Origin: Candidatus Woesearchaeota archaeon
GTDB lineage: Archaea; Nanobdellota; Nanobdellia; SCGC-AAA011-G17; PNOQ01
Direction of reading: 5' to 3'
Length of the DNA stretch: 64,000 bases
Assembly (NCBI GenBank): GCA_964603065.1
Contig: CAZRTL010000006.1
Location: forward strand, 84 to 64,083
Both the position numbers and the translations under genes were made by a program. The notes beneath the pieces were generated by a model, which was not told the DNA's origin, searched no databases, and saw only the letters and a program-made list of their open reading frames with translations. Shown here piece after piece: positions 28,597 to 38,963 of this stretch (positions are counted from its first letter, which is position 1; each line of letters begins with the position of its first letter).

Positions 28597-29079
28597 TTAT
28601 CGGTAAAAATCTAATATTTCTTTTGTTGTTTTATGGAAATCTGCAACTTCATCCCTTAATTTCTTTGCGTTTTTACTTATTGTATCTTTGAAAAAAACTT
28701 TTGTGTATAAATTTAGTAAGAAATTTTTAAATCTTGATGAAACCCATTGATCTTTGTAATCAACAACTATTTTTGTTGTGAAGGTTATTTTTGCGAAACC
28801 GGCAACTAGATTTTCTGAAACTGGATTTATGTCCATTAGTAAAACGTGAACATCTATATCATATTTTATGAAATCTGTTACTTCTCTTTCTGCTTCCCAC
28901 TTGAACTCTATTTCTTTTCCACGGTCTGAAGTTTTATGTTGATGTAATTTTTCATTAAAATCATATTTATTATCGGCTAACCAGGCGTACATATCTTTGT
29001 ATAATTTGTCCAGATTAAAAACTCCTCTTTCTCTAATTTGGTATCCTTGACTTAGGTGTACCTTCATATCTTTGCTCAT
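28597..29079 (-). CDS. Uncharacterised family protein, paralog 1 of a tandem triplet
   Basis: Same backbone as neighbours. Confidence 0.5.
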   Translation of the reverse strand: MSKDMKVHLSQGYQIRERGVFNLDKLYKDMYAWLADNKYDFNEKLHQHKTSDRGKEIEFKWEAEREVTDFIKYDIDVHVLLMDINPVSENLVAGFAKITFTTKIVVDYKDQWVSSRFKNFLLNLYTKVFFKDTISKNAKKLRDEVADFHKTTKEILDFYR

Positions 29080-29115
29080 TATTTGAGGAATAGAATTATT
29101 AGTTAATAAATGTTT

Positions 29116-29541
29116 TTATCTTTCTTTTAATCTGAATTTCTCCATGAAAATATCATATAAATCAGGCTGTATTTTTAGAACGTCTTTGTAGGTTAGTAAT
29201 CCGATTAATTTATCCCCTTCTGTAACTGGAAGTCTTCTTACATTTTCTCTGGACATGAAGTAAATCGCATCATATAAGTCTAAATCTGGAGAAATTTTTA
29301 GCATCTTAGTTGACATAATATCTTTTGCTTTCGATTTTTTCATATCTAAATTATTTGCAACCGCTTTATTTACGAAATCTTTTTCCGTTATGATTCCTAA
29401 TAAAACCCCTTCTTCTTCTACAATTAAGCTTCCAACTTCTCCTTCAATCATTTTTTGAGCACAGTTTAGGAGATTTTCTTCTGGAGTAACTCTTATCGGA
29501 ATCTTAGTCATTGCATCTGCAACTCTTACACCTGTTTTCAT
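29116..29541 (-). CDS. CBS-domain pair protein
   Basis: Two CBS-like repeats. Confidence 0.6.
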   Translation of the reverse strand: MKTGVRVADAMTKIPIRVTPEENLLNCAQKMIEGEVGSLIVEEEGVLLGIITEKDFVNKAVANNLDMKKSKAKDIMSTKMLKISPDLDLYDAIYFMSRENVRRLPVTEGDKLIGLLTYKDVLKIQPDLYDIFMEKFRLKER

Positions 29542-29616
29542 GATATTTTGATGTAGGGGTTAAAATTAATAAAGATATTGGTGCTACTTTTGTATGGGAA
29601 TTTATTATTCAAAACA

Positions 29617-29624
29617 TTTATAAA
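29617..29624 (+). promoter_or_regulatory. TATA box (TTTATAAA) for the thermosome gene
   Basis: About 25 nt upstream of the ATG, consistent with a leaderless archaeal transcript. Confidence 0.4.
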
Positions 29625-29648
29625 TGAACTAGGATTTGCTGGGTTATT

Positions 29649-31253
29649 ATGGCAGAAGAAAAACAACCAGTTTATATCCTTTCTGAAGGAAATCAAAGGA
29701 CTTATGGAAAAGAAGCTCAGAGAAACAATATTATGGCTGCTAAATTAGTAGCTGAGACTGTTAGAAGTACTTTAGGTCCTAAAGGAATGGACAAAATGCT
29801 GGTTGATTCTATGGGTGATGTTGTTATTACCAATGATGGCGTTACAATTTTAGAAGAAATGCAGATTGAACATCCGGCTGCTAAGATGATAGTTGAGATT
29901 GCGAAGACTCAAGAAGATGAAGTTGGAGATGGTACTACTTCGGCCGTAGTTTTTGCAGGGGAATTATTAAAAAATGCTGAAGCTTTATTAGAAAAAAACA
30001 TTCATCCTACAATTGTTGCTAAAGGTTTTAGAATGGCAGAGGCTAAAGCTCAAGAAATTTTAAATGAAATTGCTGAGAGTATCTCTTTAGATGATAATAA
30101 TGCTTTGGAGAAGATAGCCATGACTGCTATGACTGGAAAAGGAGCTGAAGCTTCTAAGGAAAAATTAGCCAGATTAGCTGTTACGGCAGTTAAACAAGTT
30201 TTAGATCATGATATAGATTTGGATAATATTAAAGTTGAGAAGAAAGTTGGCGGTGGTGTTGAGAATTCAGAATTGATCCAGGGCGTTGTTTTGGATAAGG
30301 AAAAATTACATTCAAGTATGCCTTCAAAAATTAATGAAGCTAAGGTTGCTTTGATTAGTGTCCCTTTAGAGATTAAAGATACTGAGATTGATGCTAAGAT
30401 TCAAATTAGTAGCCCAGAGCAGATGCAATCTTTTATTGAGCAAGAAGAAATGATGTTAAAAAATATGGCTGACAAGATTATAAACTCTGGGGCCAATGTT
30501 TTAATTTCGCAAAAAGGAATTGATGATTTAGCACAACATTATTTAGCAAAAAGTGGAATTTATGCTGTTAGAAGAGTTAAGCAATCAGATATGGAAAAAT
30601 TAGTCCGAGCTACTGGTGGAAAAATTGTAAGTAATTTGAAAGATTTAAATGAAAATGATTTAGGAAAAGCTGGAATAGTTGAAGAGGTTAAAATTGGCGA
30701 TGAAGAATTTACTTATGTTACTAATTGTGAAAATCCAAAAGCTGTTACATTATTAGTTCGTGGTGGAACTGAACATGTTGTTGATGAAGTTGAAAGAGCT
30801 GTTCAGGATGCCTTGGGAGATTTGGCAGCAGCTTTGAAGAGTGGAAAAGTTGTTGGGGGCGCAGGTGCTCCTGAAGTTGAACTAGCAAGAAGACTTCGTG
30901 AGTTTGCAAATGGTTTAAGCGGTCGTGAACAATTAGCTGTTTTGGCTTTTGCAGATTCTATGGAAGTTATTCCAGTTACCTTGGCCGAGAATGCCGGAAT
31001 AGATCCCATTGATATTCTAACTGAATTGAAAGCTAGACATGATGCTGGAGATAAATGGTCAGGTATAGATGTTTTTTCCGGTAAGGTTGTTGACTCTTGG
31101 AGTTCAGGTGTGATTGAACCCTTGAAGATTAAAACTCAAGCTGTTAAGAGTGCTGCTGAAGTTTCGGAAATGATTTTGAGAATTGATGATGTGATTGCTT
31201 CTGGTAAAGCTTCTGGAAATGCTCCGATGCAACCTCCAATGGGTTATGAGTAA
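29649..31253 (+). CDS. ths: Thermosome subunit (group II chaperonin)
   Basis: [15 protein letters not shown], and C-terminal GGM-like tail. Confidence 0.9.
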   Translation: MAEEKQPVYILSEGNQRTYGKEAQRNNIMAAKLVAETVRSTLGPKGMDKMLVDSMGDVVITNDGVTILEEMQIEHPAAKMIVEIAKTQEDEVGDGTTSAVVFAGELLKNAEALLEKNIHPTIVAKGFRMAEAKAQEILNEIAESISLDDNNALEKIAMTAMTGKGAEASKEKLARLAVTAVKQVLDHDIDLDNIKVEKKVGGGVENSELIQGVVLDKEKLHSSMPSKINEAKVALISVPLEIKDTEIDAKIQISSPEQMQSFIEQEEMMLKNMADKIINSGANVLISQKGIDDLAQHYLAKSGIYAVRRVKQSDMEKLVRATGGKIVSNLKDLNENDLGKAGIVEEVKIGDEEFTYVTNCENPKAVTLLVRGGTEHVVDEVERAVQDALGDLAAALKSGKVVGGAGAPEVELARRLREFANGLSGREQLAVLAFADSMEVIPVTLAENAGIDPIDILTELKARHDAGDKWSGIDVFSGKVVDSWSSGVIEPLKIKTQAVKSAAEVSEMILRIDDVIASGKASGNAPMQPPMGYE

Positions 31254-31284
31254 GGTTTATAAAATTCTATTTTTAATTTAAAGT

Positions 31285-31971
31285 ATGTTTTTTTGGAAAA
31301 AAGAGAAATTTGTGAAATATGCTGAGAGGATAAGGAAATTTTTAGATAAAGGAGATTATGATTCCGCTATAGCTAGATATAATAAACTTGAGGGTTTCTA
31401 TAATTTATTAGATGGAGAGAAGAAATTAAAATATAGAGAAGAATATGAATCTTTGTTAAATCAATTGTTAATCTATATGAAAATCCAGCAGTTAGATGTT
31501 GTTATTGAAGGAGATAATTTAGATTTGATAAAAGACAATCTGAATTATTTGGAAGACATGAGTAAAAGTGTTGGAAAAATTTCTGTAAACTATGAGAAGT
31601 TTGTACAGATGAAGTATAAAAAATTCTATAATGAATATGGCCATAAATTAGTTTTGGTAGAACTGAATGAAATCTTGGAGAAAATTTACAAGTTGAGAGA
31701 TGAGCAGAATTATGATTTGGCCTTAGTTCTATTTCCGGATTTAATGAAAAAATATAAAGAATTGAAAGAGTATGTTCCGGAGAAATCTAGGAAGTTGTTA
31801 GAGGGTATTCATCTTTTGAGGGAAGATTTGAAAGAAAGATTATTGGAGTTTCGGGCTTATGCAGATGTTGCTGAAACTAATGTTAAAACCTTGAAGAGGT
31901 CTTTGAGGAAGAGAAAAGTTGAGGAAGCTAAAGAATTACATAAGAAAGTTTTCCCTAAAGAGAAAATATAG
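31285..31971 (+). CDS. hypothetical coiled-coil protein
   Basis: K/E-rich. Confidence 0.3.
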   Translation: MFFWKKEKFVKYAERIRKFLDKGDYDSAIARYNKLEGFYNLLDGEKKLKYREEYESLLNQLLIYMKIQQLDVVIEGDNLDLIKDNLNYLEDMSKSVGKISVNYEKFVQMKYKKFYNEYGHKLVLVELNEILEKIYKLRDEQNYDLALVLFPDLMKKYKELKEYVPEKSRKLLEGIHLLREDLKERLLEFRAYADVAETNVKTLKRSLRKRKVEEAKELHKKVFPKEKI

Positions 31972-32003
31972 GAAGTTATATTAATTAGTTCTTAATTCTA
32001 GTT

Positions 32004-33092
32004 TTGATGGGTATAACTATGTCTAAGCCGGAAGTTTATATTCCTGAAACAGTTATTACAAATCAGGATTTAGAGAATTTAGTTGATACTAGCGATGAAT
32101 GGATTGTTGAAAGAACTGGAATTAGAGAGAGAAGAATTTCTTTAGATAAGGGCGTTAAGGAAATGGGTGCTATTGCTGCCAGAAAAGTTTTGGATGCGAA
32201 TATTGTTGTTGGGGAAGAAATTGATGAGGTGACTTTCGCTATTAATTGGCACGATAGTAATCAAGAGTTCCCGTGCCATGCTGGTCATGTTGCTAAAGAA
32301 AATAATATTGAAAGTGCTGCTATCTTTGATGTTGGAGCTGGTTGTACTGGCTTAGTGTATGCTTTAACTCTTGCACATAATCGTATGGTGGCAGATCATA
32401 GGTTAAATAAAATTTTAGTTGTTGGTGGAGAGAGGCTTACTGATATGACTGATTATTCGGATAGAAATACTTGTGTCTTGTTTGGGGATGCAGTCGGTGC
32501 ATATTTGTTGGAAAGATCAGAAAGTGAAGAGGGAATTATTAATAATTTTCTTGGTGGGGAACCTGATGTTGGTGATAAAGATTGGCCTTCTGGATTTTTA
32601 TCTTTGAAAAGAAAAGCGGGACTTAAATTGAGAGCCTCTGAGGGGGATTATAAATTTTTTCCAGAGGAAGCCGATCAAAACTATCTTATTATGAATGGAA
32701 AACCAGTTTTTAAATTTGCTTCTAGAGTTATGAGGCATGCAGTTCATGAAGTTTTGGAAGGAACTAAATATTCTTTAGAAGATGTTGATGTAATTGTTCC
32801 ACATGGTGCTAATATGAGAATTATTGATTCGGCCGATAAGGGATTGAGGAATAAAGGATTTAAAGGTAGGATTTATACCAATTTAGAAAGGTTTGGTAAT
32901 ACTTCTACAGGTTCTATTCCCTTGGCTGCTAATGAAGCTTATGAAAATGGTTTAATAAAAAGAGGAAGCTTAGTTGTTAATGTTGCTTTTGGTGCAGGGT
33001 TTACTTATGGTGCTAATTTGTATAGGGCTAGTTGTACTGGTATGTCTACTGGAGTCGGTTTAAACGAAATTCTTAAAAATGCTAGTTCTTAG
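32004..33092 (+). CDS. 3-oxoacyl-ACP synthase III (FabH)-like condensing enzyme
   Basis: FabH signatures TSDEWIVERTGIRER, FDVGAGCTGLVYAL, and C-terminal H..N motifs. Confidence 0.65.
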   Translation: MMGITMSKPEVYIPETVITNQDLENLVDTSDEWIVERTGIRERRISLDKGVKEMGAIAARKVLDANIVVGEEIDEVTFAINWHDSNQEFPCHAGHVAKENNIESAAIFDVGAGCTGLVYALTLAHNRMVADHRLNKILVVGGERLTDMTDYSDRNTCVLFGDAVGAYLLERSESEEGIINNFLGGEPDVGDKDWPSGFLSLKRKAGLKLRASEGDYKFFPEEADQNYLIMNGKPVFKFASRVMRHAVHEVLEGTKYSLEDVDVIVPHGANMRIIDSADKGLRNKGFKGRIYTNLERFGNTSTGSIPLAANEAYENGLIKRGSLVVNVAFGAGFTYGANLYRASCTGMSTGVGLNEILKNASS

Positions 33093-33100
33093 TTGTTTTT

Positions 33101-34189
33101 ATGTTTAAATTTTTAAAAGATAAGTTGAAGGATGCTGCAGGTAAGTTTAGTAAAGAGGCAGAGGAAGTTAATGAGGAAGAGGAAAAAGTAGAAGATAAAG
33201 TTGAGGAAGAGATTAAAGAAGAGTTAGAAGAAACTTTAGAAGAGGAAACTGCTGAGAAGGTTGCTGAAGAGGTAGTTGAAGAGTCTAAGGAAGAAATTGT
33301 TGAGGATATTCCTAAAGAAAAATTAAGTTTTAAAGAAAAGATAAAAAAAGCTGTTTCTAAGAAAATTTCAGATAAAAAGTTTGAAGAGTTATTTGAAGAA
33401 TTAGAATTTTCATTGTTAGAAGCTAATGTTGCTGTTGAAGTTATAGATAAATTAAAAGAAGGCTTGAAGATGGAGATCGTTGATGTCCCCATTAAAGGGA
33501 AGGTTGATGAGTTCATTTTAGAGAAGTTAAAAGAGAATATTATGGAGTTGTTTAAAGAGGAAATTGATTTAGTCGAGGTTATTAAAAAAAGTGAGAAACC
33601 CTATGTTATTGTGTTTTTAGGGGTGAATGGTTCAGGTAAGACTACTTCTATTGCTAAATTTGCTAAAACTTTACAAAGTAATGGTTTAAGTGTTGTTTTG
33701 GCTGCTGCTGATACTTTTAGAGCTGCTGCGATAGATCAGTTGCAATTGCATGCAGATAAGTTAGGAGTTAAGATGATTAAGCATGATTATGGTTCGGATG
33801 CGGCTGCAGTAGGTTTTGATGCTATAAAACATGCTAAAACCAAGGAAGTGGATGTGGTTTTGATTGATACTGCAGGTAGGATGCATTCTAATGCGAATCT
33901 AATGGATGAGTTGAAGAAAGTTATTAGAGTTGTTGAACCTAATTTTAAGATATTTGTTGGAGAGTCAATAGTTGGTAATGATTGTATAGAGCAGAGTAGG
34001 AAGTTTAATGATTCTGTAGGTGTGGATGGTATAATATTAAGTAAATCAGATGTTGATGAGAAGGGTGGAACTGCAATTTCTATTTCGTATGTTGTTGATA
34101 AGCCTGTTATTTATTTGGGTACTGGGCAAGAGTATGGTGATATTGAGAAGTTTTCTGTTAGTAAGTTGATGGATAGTCTGGGGCTGTGA
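33101..34189 (+). CDS. ftsY: Signal recognition particle receptor FtsY
   Basis: Acidic N-domain. NG domain motifs GVNGSGKTT, DTAGR, SKSD. Confidence 0.9.
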   Translation: MFKFLKDKLKDAAGKFSKEAEEVNEEEEKVEDKVEEEIKEELEETLEEETAEKVAEEVVEESKEEIVEDIPKEKLSFKEKIKKAVSKKISDKKFEELFEELEFSLLEANVAVEVIDKLKEGLKMEIVDVPIKGKVDEFILEKLKENIMELFKEEIDLVEVIKKSEKPYVIVFLGVNGSGKTTSIAKFAKTLQSNGLSVVLAAADTFRAAAIDQLQLHADKLGVKMIKHDYGSDAAAVGFDAIKHAKTKEVDVVLIDTAGRMHSNANLMDELKKVIRVVEPNFKIFVGESIVGNDCIEQSRKFNDSVGVDGIILSKSDVDEKGGTAISISYVVDKPVIYLGTGQEYGDIEKFSVSKLMDSLGL

Positions 34190-34190
34190 G

Positions 34191-34460
34191 ATGATGAAAA
34201 GGAATGACGATTTTCCGGATAATATTCAAGAGGAAAAATCTATCAATATAGCACTAATTACAGGAGTATTTATTGTCGTATTTTTAACTTTTCTCGATAT
34301 GATGTATGATATACTAGAAACTTATACCAGCATAACTCCTTTTCTTTGGAAGTTTGCAGTACTGGTGATTTTGGTTCTAATTATCAGACGTATTTCGAGA
34401 AGTCATAGTAGGCTGGAAAAACTTGAATTGAAATTGAAGAAAATGATAAGGGGAAAATAG
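34191..34460 (+). CDS. Small membrane protein
   Basis: Two predicted TM helices. Confidence 0.3.
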   Translation: MMKRNDDFPDNIQEEKSINIALITGVFIVVFLTFLDMMYDILETYTSITPFLWKFAVLVILVLIIRRISRSHSRLEKLELKLKKMIRGK

Positions 34461-34516
34461 ATAGTGTCCTAGTTCTTTTAATTACATTTATAAATCATAA
34501 TTCTCTCTAAAATTCT

Positions 34517-35860
34517 ATGGTTATGGACAAATTGAGTTCAACATTAAAGAATACTCTTAGTAAAATAACTGGAGCTACTTTTGTAGATGAGAATCTAGTT
34601 AATGAAATTGTTAAAGATATTCAAAGAGCTTTACTTCAAGCAGATGTTAATGTTAAATTAGTTTTTGAACTGTCCAAATCAATTAAAAGTAGAGCTTTAG
34701 AAGAAAAAGCTCCAAAAGCAGTAGGACAAAAAGAGTTCTTAGTTAAAATAGTATACGACGAACTAGTTAAATTTCTAGGAAAAGAAAAAAAAGGAATTAA
34801 AATTACAAAAAAACAACCGTTCAAAATTATGCTTGTAGGTCTTTTCGGAACTGGAAAAACTACGATAGCAGCAAAATTAGGAAATTATTATACAAAAAGA
34901 GGACATAAGGTAGCTTTAGTGGGGTTGGATGTTTATAGGCCGGCTGCAATGGACCAGTTAGAACAGTTAGCAAAATCAATTAATATTCCATATTACATAA
35001 ATAGAGAAGAAAAAAACCCAAAGAAAATTTGGAAGTCATTAAAGGATGAAGTAAAGAAGTATGATATTGTAATTGTAGATACTGCAGGTAGAGATGCATT
35101 GTCAGAAGATTTAGTTAAGGAAATTGAAGAATTAAATAAAGAAATCAAACCCGAAGAAAAACTTTTAGTAATAAATGCAGATATAGGTCAGACTGCAGAG
35201 AAGCAAGCAAGCCAGTTCCATGAGTCTTGTGGAATAACTGGAGTTGCAATTACTAAGATGGATGGAACTGCAAAAGCAGGGGGCGCCCTATCAGCAGCAG
35301 CAGTTACCGGAGCTCCTGTTAAGTTTTTAGGTATTGGAGAAAAAGTAGATGATATTGAAGAGTTTAATCCTGAAGGTTTTGTTTCTAGATTATTAGGAAT
35401 GGGAGATTTAGAAGCTTTATTAGAAAAAGTTAGAGTTGAAATTTCTGAAGAAACTGCTGAAGATTTAGGTAAAAAATTCTTAAAAGGAGATTTTAATTTT
35501 TTAGATTTATATGAACAGATTCAGGGAATGAAAAAATTAGGACCTATGAATAAGATTATGGAGATGATTCCGGGTTTGAGTGGAATGAAAGTTCCTAAAG
35601 ATATGTTAGAAGTTCAGGATGAGAAATTAAAAAAATGGAAATTTATAATGCAATCCATGACTAAGAAAGAGTTAGAAGAACCTGATTTAGTTTTTAATAG
35701 GAAAAGAATTGATAGGATTGCGAAAGGTTCTGGAACTACTGCTACGGAAGTTAGAGAGTTGTTGAAACAATATAGGCAGAGTAAGAAGATGATGAAGATG
35801 ATGAAGGGTGATCCTAATAAGTTAATGAAGAAATTTAAGGGCAAGTTGCCTGGTATGTAA
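34517..35860 (+). CDS. srp54: Signal recognition particle protein SRP54
   Basis: NG domain (GLFGTGKTT, DTAGR) plus Met-rich M domain. Confidence 0.9.
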   Translation: MVMDKLSSTLKNTLSKITGATFVDENLVNEIVKDIQRALLQADVNVKLVFELSKSIKSRALEEKAPKAVGQKEFLVKIVYDELVKFLGKEKKGIKITKKQPFKIMLVGLFGTGKTTIAAKLGNYYTKRGHKVALVGLDVYRPAAMDQLEQLAKSINIPYYINREEKNPKKIWKSLKDEVKKYDIVIVDTAGRDALSEDLVKEIEELNKEIKPEEKLLVINADIGQTAEKQASQFHESCGITGVAITKMDGTAKAGGALSAAAVTGAPVKFLGIGEKVDDIEEFNPEGFVSRLLGMGDLEALLEKVRVEISEETAEDLGKKFLKGDFNFLDLYEQIQGMKKLGPMNKIMEMIPGLSGMKVPKDMLEVQDEKLKKWKFIMQSMTKKELEEPDLVFNRKRIDRIAKGSGTTATEVRELLKQYRQSKKMMKMMKGDPNKLMKKFKGKLPGM

Positions 35861-35883
35861 AGATTTATATAGTTAGATTCCTC

Positions 35884-36231
35884 TTGTGCAGTTACAATGC
35901 GAAGGAGGTGTTTTATTTGAAAAAATTAATTTTTGTGTTATTTCTTGTTAGTATTTTATTAATTTCTGGTTGTCAAACACAAGAGGAGACCCAACAGAGT
36001 CCTAATAAAATAGACTATGAGCAGATTGGTGCAGATTGCTCTGCAATGATGGATCTTACAGCAAAATGCCCAGGAATTATAAATGCTGAGAGTGAAGAAG
36101 AAATTCAAACTGAGCTTGAGAAATGTGGTATACAACCTGATAAAGGATTCAGCTTATTTAGATTGCTTAATTGTGCTTGTTGCGTAAGTAGTGGGAATCC
36201 TGCTTGTTGTGTAAGTTGTATAAAAGGATAA
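35884..36231 (+). CDS. Small Cys-rich lipoprotein-like protein
   Basis: Signal peptide ending LISGC. Confidence 0.3.
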   Translation: MCSYNAKEVFYLKKLIFVLFLVSILLISGCQTQEETQQSPNKIDYEQIGADCSAMMDLTAKCPGIINAESEEEIQTELEKCGIQPDKGFSLFRLLNCACCVSSGNPACCVSCIKG

Positions 36232-36282
36232 TTTTTATTTTTTTATTTTTTATAAAGCTTTAAATAGTTTGGATTATTTGAT

Positions 36283-37008
36283 ATGGTAATGGGATTTAAT
36301 TGGAGGGATGAACTGAAGAAATTTTTTTATACTTTAATCCTTTCGGTTTTTATTGGATACATTGTTTTCGAAATTGCCGCCTCGGCTGCAAATAGCATAG
36401 ACACCCTTGGTTCAGGATTTATTGCTGCAGGTTATTTTATTATAGGGTTCGTGTCTACATTTTTAGTTCTTAGAACTTTTTTGGGCATAGCTTGTCATGA
36501 AGGTATTTTCAAGGCTGTCATTAGGTCAATAGCCCACTTATTATTAATAATGGGGTTACTGTATGTTGGATTCTATGGTTCCCATTTTGTTAGTAATTTT
36601 GAGGAGTATAGATCTAACAGGTTAACTGAAAGCTCCATTAATTCTGCTAAAAATAAATACGCTGAAGCTGTAAATAAAGATAGTCTTTCTATTTGCGAAG
36701 AAATATCTGATGAAAAATTTAAGAATTTATGTGTTATTTCTTTGGAAAAATCTTATCAACGTTGTGAAGAGGAAACGCGTGTAGCGGGACGGCATGAAGA
36801 TATACCTTATTGGCATATTGATTTTTTTAGTAATTGTATCACTTCTGTTTTATACTCTACTGGAGATTTGGAGGGTTGTTACCTCCAATATGATAATCGT
36901 TTTTGTATAAGACAAGATGATTTAGGCAATTGTATTTATGATAATGCACATTTTTGTGATAGAATGGATCATTATATGGCTAGAGGAACTTTTAAGTATA
37001 TTGGATAA
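36283..37008 (+). CDS. Membrane protein with Cys-rich extracytoplasmic domain
   Basis: Three N-terminal TM helices. Confidence 0.3.
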   Translation: MVMGFNWRDELKKFFYTLILSVFIGYIVFEIAASAANSIDTLGSGFIAAGYFIIGFVSTFLVLRTFLGIACHEGIFKAVIRSIAHLLLIMGLLYVGFYGSHFVSNFEEYRSNRLTESSINSAKNKYAEAVNKDSLSICEEISDEKFKNLCVISLEKSYQRCEEETRVAGRHEDIPYWHIDFFSNCITSVLYSTGDLEGCYLQYDNRFCIRQDDLGNCIYDNAHFCDRMDHYMARGTFKYIG

Positions 37009-37049
37009 TCTTTAATTAATTTTATAAATTCTTTTTCTTTCTTTTTATT

Positions 37050-37661
37050 ATGAAAAAAATACTTTATTCTGGAGCTGAAGCTCATTTATATTTAGAAAAT
37101 GATAAGCTAGTCAAAGAAAGAGTTCCTAAAGGATATAGACATAAGTTTATTGATAATATGAAAAGGAAGTATCCTACTAGGAGAGAGTTTAAAATTTTAA
37201 TGAGAGCAAGAAATCTGGGAATGAATGTTCCTGAAGTTTTTGAAGTTGATGAAAATGAAATGAAAGTAATTATGGAATTTGTTAAAGGTGATTTGTTAAA
37301 AGAAACATTAGATAATTATAAAAAAAATAAGAGAGAAGAAGTTTGTAAGTTAATCGGGGAGCAAGTAGCAAAGATGCATGATGATAATATTATTCACGGA
37401 GACTTAACTACGAGTAATATGATTTTGAAAGAAGGAAAAGTTTTTTTCATAGATTTTGGGTTAGGTTGCATTTCTCATAAAATTGAAGATAAAGCCGTCG
37501 ATTTACATTTACTTAGACAGGCGATGGAAAGTAAACATTTTAAGCATGGAGATAATTTTGATTTAGTTTTGAAGGGCTATAATAAATCAAATAATTATGA
37601 AGAGACTTTAGAAAGGTTAGAAAAAGTTGAGAAAAGAGGAAGATACAAGAGAAAAGTTTAA
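37050..37661 (+). CDS. bud32: KEOPS complex kinase Bud32 (RIO-type small kinase)
   Basis: Catalytic HGDLTTSNMI and DFGL motifs. About 200 aa. Confidence 0.75.
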   Translation: MKKILYSGAEAHLYLENDKLVKERVPKGYRHKFIDNMKRKYPTRREFKILMRARNLGMNVPEVFEVDENEMKVIMEFVKGDLLKETLDNYKKNKREEVCKLIGEQVAKMHDDNIIHGDLTTSNMILKEGKVFFIDFGLGCISHKIEDKAVDLHLLRQAMESKHFKHGDNFDLVLKGYNKSNNYEETLERLEKVEKRGRYKRKV

Positions 37662-38788
37662 TTAATTACTTTTTCATACTGTTCGAAATATCTATCTACT
37701 AAACTATTTAATTCGCACCTGGCAGTTACGAGTTCTCTACCTGCTTTTCCAAATTCTTTTGCCTTTTTTGGATTTACTACTAGCTCTGTCATCCCGGCTG
37801 CAATTGATTCAGGATTCTTTGGAATTACAATAAGTCCAGTTTCTCCAGATTTTATATACTCAGGAACTCCTCCAACCTCTGTTGCTACAACTCCTCTTTC
37901 CATAGCCAATCCTTCTATCATTATTCTTGGAACTCCCTCGGTATGGCTTGAAAGAACTACTGTGGAACACCCATACCCATTTCTTAAGTTTTCATGATCC
38001 ATTGCTCTAAATATACGAACTTTTCCTTCCAATCCTTGTACAGAAATTTCTCTTTGAACTTGAGAGACATATTCTGGATCTTGAAATGGTCCTACAATTG
38101 CGGTTGTGAAATCCATGCCAGACTCCTGTAATATTTTTGATGCTTGAACTAAGTCTAATTGGCCCTTTCTTGGTTCAATCCTAGCCGGGTACAAAAATAC
38201 ATTTTCATCAAATATACTTAACCTTTGTCTGAATTTCTCAGGATTTGATTTTTTTGGATTGAAAAAATCTGCGTCAACATAAGTCCCTATGTTTATAGAA
38301 TCTAATCCAAGAGTTTTTGCTGCAGATTCACAAATTCCCATTTTTAAATCTACTTTGGGGAGTATTTTTTCTAAAGGACTTCTATCCTTTACACTTTCAG
38401 GATTTAGGTTTAATCCTCCCCCATGAAATGCGAAAATTATAGGTAACTTCTGTTCTAATGCTTTTTCCATAACTAGATAGGCTCCTTCATAATATCCATA
38501 ATGAACGTGCATTAAATCAAAATCATTTTCTCTAGTAATTTCGTCAAATTTGTCTCCAAATTTTTTCAAAACTTTTTTTGAAGCCTTTGAACCTCTTTGG
38601 GGGTTATAAACTGGGTGGCAATTTATGCCGGTATTATCAGTAAAACTCATTGCATTATTATCTTGGGAGTAATATAGTACATGAACTTCTGCTAGCTCCC
38701 GATTTATTATGTTTCTATGGAGTGCTTTCATGTGAATTTGTAAGCCACCCATATTTTCGTATGTATGTACTAATTTTAATATTTTCAT
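37658..38788 (-). CDS. Glycosyltransferase, GT4 (group 1) family
   Basis: C-terminal EGVPRIMIEGLAMERGVVATEVGG..E. Confidence 0.7.
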   Translation of the reverse strand: MKILKLVHTYENMGGLQIHMKALHRNIINRELAEVHVLYYSQDNNAMSFTDNTGINCHPVYNPQRGSKASKKVLKKFGDKFDEITRENDFDLMHVHYGYYEGAYLVMEKALEQKLPIIFAFHGGGLNLNPESVKDRSPLEKILPKVDLKMGICESAAKTLGLDSINIGTYVDADFFNPKKSNPEKFRQRLSIFDENVFLYPARIEPRKGQLDLVQASKILQESGMDFTTAIVGPFQDPEYVSQVQREISVQGLEGKVRIFRAMDHENLRNGYGCSTVVLSSHTEGVPRIMIEGLAMERGVVATEVGGVPEYIKSGETGLIVIPKNPESIAAGMTELVVNPKKAKEFGKAGRELVTARCELNSLVDRYFEQYEKVIN

Positions 38789-38880
38789 TTAAATCGATTT
38801 TTTAATTAATATACCACTTAAAAGTCTTTGTATTTACAAAGAGAAACTTTTAAAAGTGAAATATTTTCCTTTATTCTTAT

Positions 38881-38953
38881 AGCCCTGTAGTGTAGTGGCC
38901 AAGCATCTATGGTTTTGGTCCATAGGACCCAGGTTCGAATCCTGGCGGGGCTA
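38881..38953 (+). tRNA. tRNA-Gln(TTG)
   Basis: Cloverleaf with anticodon stem TATGG/CCATA, loop TTTTGGT. Close paralog of the tRNA-Glu at 62836. Confidence 0.7.
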
Positions 38954-38960
38954 TTTTTTT
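38954..38960 (+). terminator. oligo-T terminator after tRNA-Gln
   Basis: T7 run immediately 3' of the tRNA. Confidence 0.4.
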
Positions 38961-38963
38961 AAA

